Assembly: GCA_964500725.1 (NCBI GenBank)
Contig: CAZCNP010000002.1
Coordinates: forward strand, 5,347-69,346
Length of the DNA: 64,000 bases
Direction: 5' to 3'
From: an uncultured Gammaproteobacteria bacterium
GTDB lineage: Bacteria > Patescibacteriota > Microgenomatia > Daviesbacterales > UBA10151
Notes under the pieces: model-generated
Told to the model about the DNA's origin: nothing
Seen by the model: only the letters and a program-made list of their open reading frames with translations
Database searches by the model: none
Shown: positions 59,492 through 64,000 of the stretch, in pieces
Layout: each line of letters starts with the position of its first letter
Numbering within the stretch: position 1 is the stretch's first letter
Program-made: the position numbers and the translations under genes

Positions 59492-59911
59492 ATGATAAAT
59501 AGTAAATTCTCTTTTATTTCCTCCTGCTTTTTTGATTGAAATTTTTATTGTTTCTTGAGGTAAGTTTTGCAATTTTTCTGCCCATTCAATTAAGACAATA
59601 TTATTTGGGTCTGATAAGATTTCTGCTATTCCTAGATGTTTTAGGTCTTCTGTTTCCTCCAACCTATATAAGTCAAGATGATAAAGTATCTTTGATTTAT
59701 TGGGAATTTGATGTTGTCTGATTAAGACAAAAGTGGGAGAGATAATTTTGTCTGTTATTCCTAATGCTTGGGCAAAACCTTGAATAAAAGTAGTTTTACC
59801 TGCTCCTAAATCTCCTGTTAAGGCAAAAATTCTTTTTGTTTTATATTGCTTAGTAATTTGCCCAGCAATTTTTTTAGTTTCTTTTTCTGAATGTGAAAGG
59901 TATTTTGGCAT
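59486..59911 (-). CDS. tsaE: t6A biosynthesis ATPase TsaE
   Basis: GDLGAGKTT, SPTF, HLDLYR, IEW. Confidence 0.95.
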   Translation of the reverse strand: MPKYLSHSEKETKKIAGQITKQYKTKRIFALTGDLGAGKTTFIQGFAQALGITDKIISPTFVLIRQHQIPNKSKILYHLDLYRLEETEDLKHLGIAEILSDPNNIVLIEWAEKLQNLPQETIKISIKKAGGNKREFTIYHL

Positions 59912-61127
59912 TTTTTGTAAGATAAATATACCCTACTAAACAAAATCCAGCAAATATAAAGATCAGCCCTACCCAAACAAGTGGGTTTGTTTGTTTTTGG
60001 TTTTTAACCTTGGTTTTACTTTTGCCCTCTATATTTTTTGCAGAGGTAGTTGCAGCTGCCACAGAGGCAACCTGATAAAAAGATTTTAAAGATTGAGTTG
60101 ATCTTGGTGAGAGGGATTTAAAAGTTGTCGATCTGGGAGTTGCTGAAGGAGTAGGATTTGAGATGGCTTGAGAAGTAGGGGAATCAGTAGGTGTTAAAGT
60201 CTTTACATCATTAATTTTAACTGTAGTTTCATTGCTCCATGTAGGGCTAGAGTTTGATGAATATCTTGCCACTTTAAAAATATAATCTCCAGATCCCTTA
60301 TAGTCAGAATCTTCAATATCAGGTTTTATTTCTATGGATCCTGCCCATACACCGTTATCATTAGTGGTAATTTTATACTGATTTAAATAGTTGGTGCTAC
60401 TGTATTGTATCCAGTTAGAGTTAATTTTAGTTAAGCCAAAATATCTTGTGCCATCAATTTTTTTGAAAGCTCCACTTAAATAATAATCAGTATTTTTGTT
60501 GTTCGGTAGGATCAGATCAGCTGAAACATTAAACGACTGGTCAGAATCTATTTGAGAAGGGATTTTATTTATGATAAATGATGAGGTGGGTTGAGCAGTG
60601 GGGGAAGGGGTTAAGGCAGAAGTGGGTATAGGAGAGGGAGAAGGGGTTGGGGTGGGTGTTGAGGTCTGAAGATTGATTGCAACGGTATTATCTGATGATC
60701 CAGAGGAATTACTGCTGTTACCGGTATAACGCCAGGCTTTAATATTATAAATCCCCGGCCCTTTGTAATCAGGATCTTCAGGGTTTATTTTCAAGGTAAT
60801 TTGTCCTGACCATGTGCCTCCTGAAGGAAGAAAAGCAAAGAAGGCTGATTGGATATAAGCTGTATTGGGCGAATTGATATATTCATACCATTGTCCATTG
60901 TGATTTTTAGTGAAACCAAAATATCTGGTTGGACTGGGAGCAGTAAAAGCAGCTTGAAGGTAACAATAGTTATTAGGACAGCTGGAAGTTAATCCTGACA
61001 GCGAAACGTCAATAGTTACTTCATCATTAGTATAAAGTGGATTTGAGATGGAAAACGAAACTGCAGAAACAGGTGTAACTTTAAAGAGTAAGAATAAGGT
61101 AGCAAGAATTAGTAGTTTTATCCTCAC
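59874..61127 (-). CDS. Secreted, C-terminally anchored protein with a tandem-duplicated unknown domain
   Basis: Signal peptide; two copies of YL.AAF...TRYFG.TK...ED.DYKG.G.Y..K..RY; TP linkers; C-terminal TM. Confidence 0.8.
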   Translation of the reverse strand: MRIKLLILATLFLLFKVTPVSAVSFSISNPLYTNDEVTIDVSLSGLTSSCPNNYCYLQAAFTAPSPTRYFGFTKNHNGQWYEYINSPNTAYIQSAFFAFLPSGGTWSGQITLKINPEDPDYKGPGIYNIKAWRYTGNSSNSSGSSDNTVAINLQTSTPTPTPSPSPIPTSALTPSPTAQPTSSFIINKIPSQIDSDQSFNVSADLILPNNKNTDYYLSGAFKKIDGTRYFGLTKINSNWIQYSSTNYLNQYKITTNDNGVWAGSIEIKPDIEDSDYKGSGDYIFKVARYSSNSSPTWSNETTVKINDVKTLTPTDSPTSQAISNPTPSATPRSTTFKSLSPRSTQSLKSFYQVASVAAATTSAKNIEGKSKTKVKNQKQTNPLVWVGLIFIFAGFCLVGYIYLTKNAKIPFTFRKRN

Positions 61128-61143
61128 TAACTAAATAGTACCA

Positions 61144-62370
61144 TTACGGGATATGCCAATACAAAGTTACTGTTCCATTATGGTGATCGATAGCAACTCC
61201 TTTGCCAACGGTGCCGGTTAAATAGCAAGCTTTTGAGTCAGAAAAGGCATAACTATCACCGTTCTCAGCTGCATAAATTGGAGCCCCCCAGTAGTCAGCA
61301 ATATCTAACCCAGTATGAGTTCCTAAAAAATAGCCTTGATTAAATCTTGTTGAGATGTCACCATTATGACAGCTAATATCTGGGGGAGGTGGATAACTGC
61401 AGGCATCATTATTTGTAAATTCAGCTACAGGTTTTGCAAATTGACCAGATATAATATATGGTCTTGGGTCTACTCTATGATCCAGACCCCATTTGATAGG
61501 TTCGTTATTTTCATTTACTATGTAATTTTTGTCATCAATTTTAATAATACGTGCAGGAGTAATAACTTCAAGGTGTAGGTGGGGCCCGCTAGAACAGCCG
61601 GTGTTACCAACCACTGCTATTCGATCCCCTTTTTGGACGGATCCAATTTTAGCGCCTCCTCCAGCTAAAGCCCTGGCAAGTGAATCAGCATCTGCACGTA
61701 GTTTGGCGATTAATTGTCGGTATCTGGTCTCATCATTTTGAGTTTCCCTAAGTAGTTGATCTTTGGCTTTTTTCTGCTCATTAAGTTGGCTTCTATAAGC
61801 TTCTAGTTCTTTAGTTAATTTCTCTGCTTCTGTTTGTCTGGTTTGTTTGTCTTGTTTTTGGTCATTGTAGGCAAGTTTTGTTGCTTGCAGCTCGTATAGT
61901 TTCTTTTTATCATAAGCTTGAGCAGTTTGGATATATTTTAATCTTTCTATTAAATCTGCAAATCCATGAGAGGAAAATAGTAGATCGATTGCGGAGATGG
62001 TATTGCTGTATTTGTAGGTTTGCACGATTCTTCCTAAGAGTAGTTCGGACAGGGTATCCAAGGTGGTGCCGATTCGATCTATTCTAGTTGATAAATCGTT
62101 AATTTCTCTTTGTAATTTTTCAATTTTTAAATTAGTTTCCTCAATCTTTAAAAGAGTTACTCTTGTTTGACCATCAATTAAATTAAGTTGGGACTTTAAA
62201 GTTTTCTCCTGATTTCGAGCATCAACCAGATGATTTTCAAGCTTCTGAATTTCTGCTTGTTTTTCTTCCAGTTGCTTGGCTAAATCAGAAGAATAGTCTG
62301 CCAATGTAGTATAAGCGAGAGTAAAAGCTGCGAAACTAAATACTAACAGAGATAATAGTAATCTTTTCAT
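61144..62370 (-). CDS. Coiled-coil M23 peptidase (EnvC/CwlO-like position), circularly permuted catalytic domain
   Basis: Signal peptide, long coiled coil; GPHLH precedes HTGLD and TLYWH. Confidence 0.85.
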   Translation of the reverse strand: MKRLLLSLLVFSFAAFTLAYTTLADYSSDLAKQLEEKQAEIQKLENHLVDARNQEKTLKSQLNLIDGQTRVTLLKIEETNLKIEKLQREINDLSTRIDRIGTTLDTLSELLLGRIVQTYKYSNTISAIDLLFSSHGFADLIERLKYIQTAQAYDKKKLYELQATKLAYNDQKQDKQTRQTEAEKLTKELEAYRSQLNEQKKAKDQLLRETQNDETRYRQLIAKLRADADSLARALAGGGAKIGSVQKGDRIAVVGNTGCSSGPHLHLEVITPARIIKIDDKNYIVNENNEPIKWGLDHRVDPRPYIISGQFAKPVAEFTNNDACSYPPPPDISCHNGDISTRFNQGYFLGTHTGLDIADYWGAPIYAAENGDSYAFSDSKACYLTGTVGKGVAIDHHNGTVTLYWHIP

Positions 62371-62376
62371 CACGGT

Positions 62377-63252
62377 TCATTGTATTTTCAAATATCGTCT
62401 GACTGCGCTAATTGACCCTATTCCTCCGACAAAACATGCAAGTAGCAAGCTGCTGCCTAAAAGGGTTAACATAAATAAAGGATTTATTGGTAAGAATTTA
62501 ACTTCTCCCAGGTATCCTTGTAAAAAGGGAGTAAAATACCAAAGCACAGCGTAAGTTATTACCCAGGATAGCAGTGCTCCTGCTGCACCATAAAATATCC
62601 CTTCTAAGATAAATGGATTTCTAATAAATGAAGGAGATGCTCCTAAAAGACGCATAATTTCTATCTCATTTCTTTTTAGCCTAATTTTAAAGCCAATAAT
62701 CATCACTATAACTAAGGTAGAAAATAACATCAAAAATATTACAGTTGATCCACCGATAATCCTGATCATTTTAGTAACTGATGTTAAGGTTTTCACTACA
62801 TCTTCAGGTACTATCACATCAGATACAACAGGTTCTCTTTTAAGGATTTCCGCAATTGGCGCTAGGTCATTTGGACTTTGGGTAGAAATTTCCAATGATG
62901 CGGGTAAAATATTTGCTGTTACTAGCTCAAGAAGGGCTGGATCATTTTTATTTTTCTCCCGGTAAATTTGTAAGGCATCTTCTTTGGAAATAAATTTTGT
63001 GTTGGTAACTCTGGTTTCCTGACGCAGAGCATTTTTTATAGCTTGGATATCTTGAGCAGTAGTGCCTTCTTTAAAAAATGCAATTACCTGTGGCTTGCTT
63101 TCAAAGTAGCGTAAAGCTGCTTGCGAGCCTGCTGCTAAAATAATAAATGTCATCAAAGCCAAAAATGTTAAAAACATTACCATTGAAGCAGCGATTGCTT
63201 GGAATGGGGTACGTCTAATATTTCTTCTGGCAAATTCTATAGCCCTACTCAT
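62377..63252 (-). CDS. ftsX: Cell division permease FtsX
   Basis: FISKEDAL, LPASLEI, EIEIMRLLGA...IR.PF..EG. Confidence 0.92.
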   Translation of the reverse strand: MSRAIEFARRNIRRTPFQAIAASMVMFLTFLALMTFIILAAGSQAALRYFESKPQVIAFFKEGTTAQDIQAIKNALRQETRVTNTKFISKEDALQIYREKNKNDPALLELVTANILPASLEISTQSPNDLAPIAEILKREPVVSDVIVPEDVVKTLTSVTKMIRIIGGSTVIFLMLFSTLVIVMIIGFKIRLKRNEIEIMRLLGASPSFIRNPFILEGIFYGAAGALLSWVITYAVLWYFTPFLQGYLGEVKFLPINPLFMLTLLGSSLLLACFVGGIGSISAVRRYLKIQ

Positions 63253-63919
63253 ATTTTCCTTCCTTATTATCTTTGGTAACTTTTCCAGCTTTTAATGTAA
63301 TTACCCTGCGCTTTAGCGTGTTGACTATCTCTTGATTGTGGGTAGCCATCAATATTGTAGTACCCCAAGAGTTGATTTCATTTAGAAGTTGAATTACACC
63401 CCAGGCAGTTTTGGGGTCTAAATCTCCTGTGGGTTCATCAGCTATAACTACATCAGGTTTACCAACTATGGCTCTGGCAATAGCTGTCCTTTGAGCTTCT
63501 CCTCCGGATAATTGCTTTGGGAATAGATTCCTTTTATCCCAAATTTCTACAAGTTTTAGAGTATGTTCCACTCCTTTTGCTATTTCTTCATCTGATTTAC
63601 CTTGAACCTCTAAAGTTAAAGCCACATTTTCAAAAACTGTTCTATCATCCAAGAGTTTGAAATCTTGGAAAACAACACCAATCTTTCTTCTGAATGTCGG
63701 TACATCAGAAGTTTTAATTTTAGTTATATCAACATTACCTACCAGTATTTTGCCAGCAGTAGGTAAGGTTTCTCTAGTCAGAGTTCTCAGGAGTGTGGAT
63801 TTACCTGCGCCAGATGGTCCGACAATAAAAACAAACTCGCCTTGCTTGATTTCTAAATTAATATCATCTAGGGCAAATGTTGAGCCAAATTTTTTTGAGA
63901 CAGAATCAAAATGGATCAT
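63245..63919 (-). CDS. ftsE: Cell division ATPase FtsE
   Basis: GPSGAGKST, VFQDFKLL, LSGGE, ADEPTG.LDP. Confidence 0.95.
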   Translation of the reverse strand: MIHFDSVSKKFGSTFALDDINLEIKQGEFVFIVGPSGAGKSTLLRTLTRETLPTAGKILVGNVDITKIKTSDVPTFRRKIGVVFQDFKLLDDRTVFENVALTLEVQGKSDEEIAKGVEHTLKLVEIWDKRNLFPKQLSGGEAQRTAIARAIVGKPDVVIADEPTGDLDPKTAWGVIQLLNEINSWGTTILMATHNQEIVNTLKRRVITLKAGKVTKDNKEGKYE

Positions 63920-63946
63920 CTTTTGCAAATGGATTAACAAGGAAGC

Positions 63947-64000
63947 TTATTTAGTTTCTTCTACCTTACCAACATCCATTAACCAGCCTTCTTTTAAAGC
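63947..64000 (-). CDS. C-terminal fragment of an unidentified gene (runs off the window)
   Basis: Open frame ALKEGWLMDVGKVEETK* just upstream of ftsE. Confidence 0.35.
   Translation of the reverse strand, partial: ALKEGWLMDVGKVEETK

Noticed and set aside
1-64000. Alternative genetic code (TGA=Gly, code 25)
   Set aside because: Conserved genes such as ribA, nrdR, greA, lysS and hppA end at TGA at their expected lengths.
1-64000. CRISPR array, IS element, prophage, intein, or retron/DGR reverse transcriptase
   Set aside because: By eye I saw no repeat-spacer array and no transposase, integrase or RT motifs; NrdJ, Lon and SecA have ordinary lengths.

Overview
This is a gene-dense, AT-rich bacterial chromosome segment read in the standard code 11 (TGA is used as a stop). 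Gene content and protein style suggest a Patescibacteria/CPR genome, probably Microgenomates-like; this is an inference, as there is no rRNA in the window. In order, it carries: an FMN-riboswitch-controlled riboflavin operon (ribE-ribH-ribA-ribD) divergent from rpiB-rpe-LOG-VKOR-DsbA; a D-LDH and an SDR; a CsoR-led ~10-gene copper locus with several uncharacterised Cys/His/Met proteins; cell-wall enzymes; a surface-anchored LCAT-like lipase; nrdR-nrdJ-cobO-lon and hppA; two-component genes and tRNA-Glu(CTC); a sortase with an LPETG substrate; greA, lysS, serS and secA; six GT-C/PMT-like glycosyltransferases; nnrD, glnA, a cofE-like gene, galE and tsaE; and ftsE-ftsX with a coiled-coil M23 peptidase. 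I saw no CRISPR array, transposase, integrase or prophage. The most notable observations are: (1) the FtsEX-linked M23 domain is circularly permuted with all catalytic motifs kept; (2) the extended CsoR copper operon; (3) OmpR-type boxes at identical spacing upstream of the sortase and its substrate; (4) widespread leaderless promoter architecture; (5) the GT-C expansion alongside Ser/Thr/Pro-rich surface proteins sharing a VLG motif; (6) a candidate ~50-nt sRNA upstream of the FMN riboswitch.
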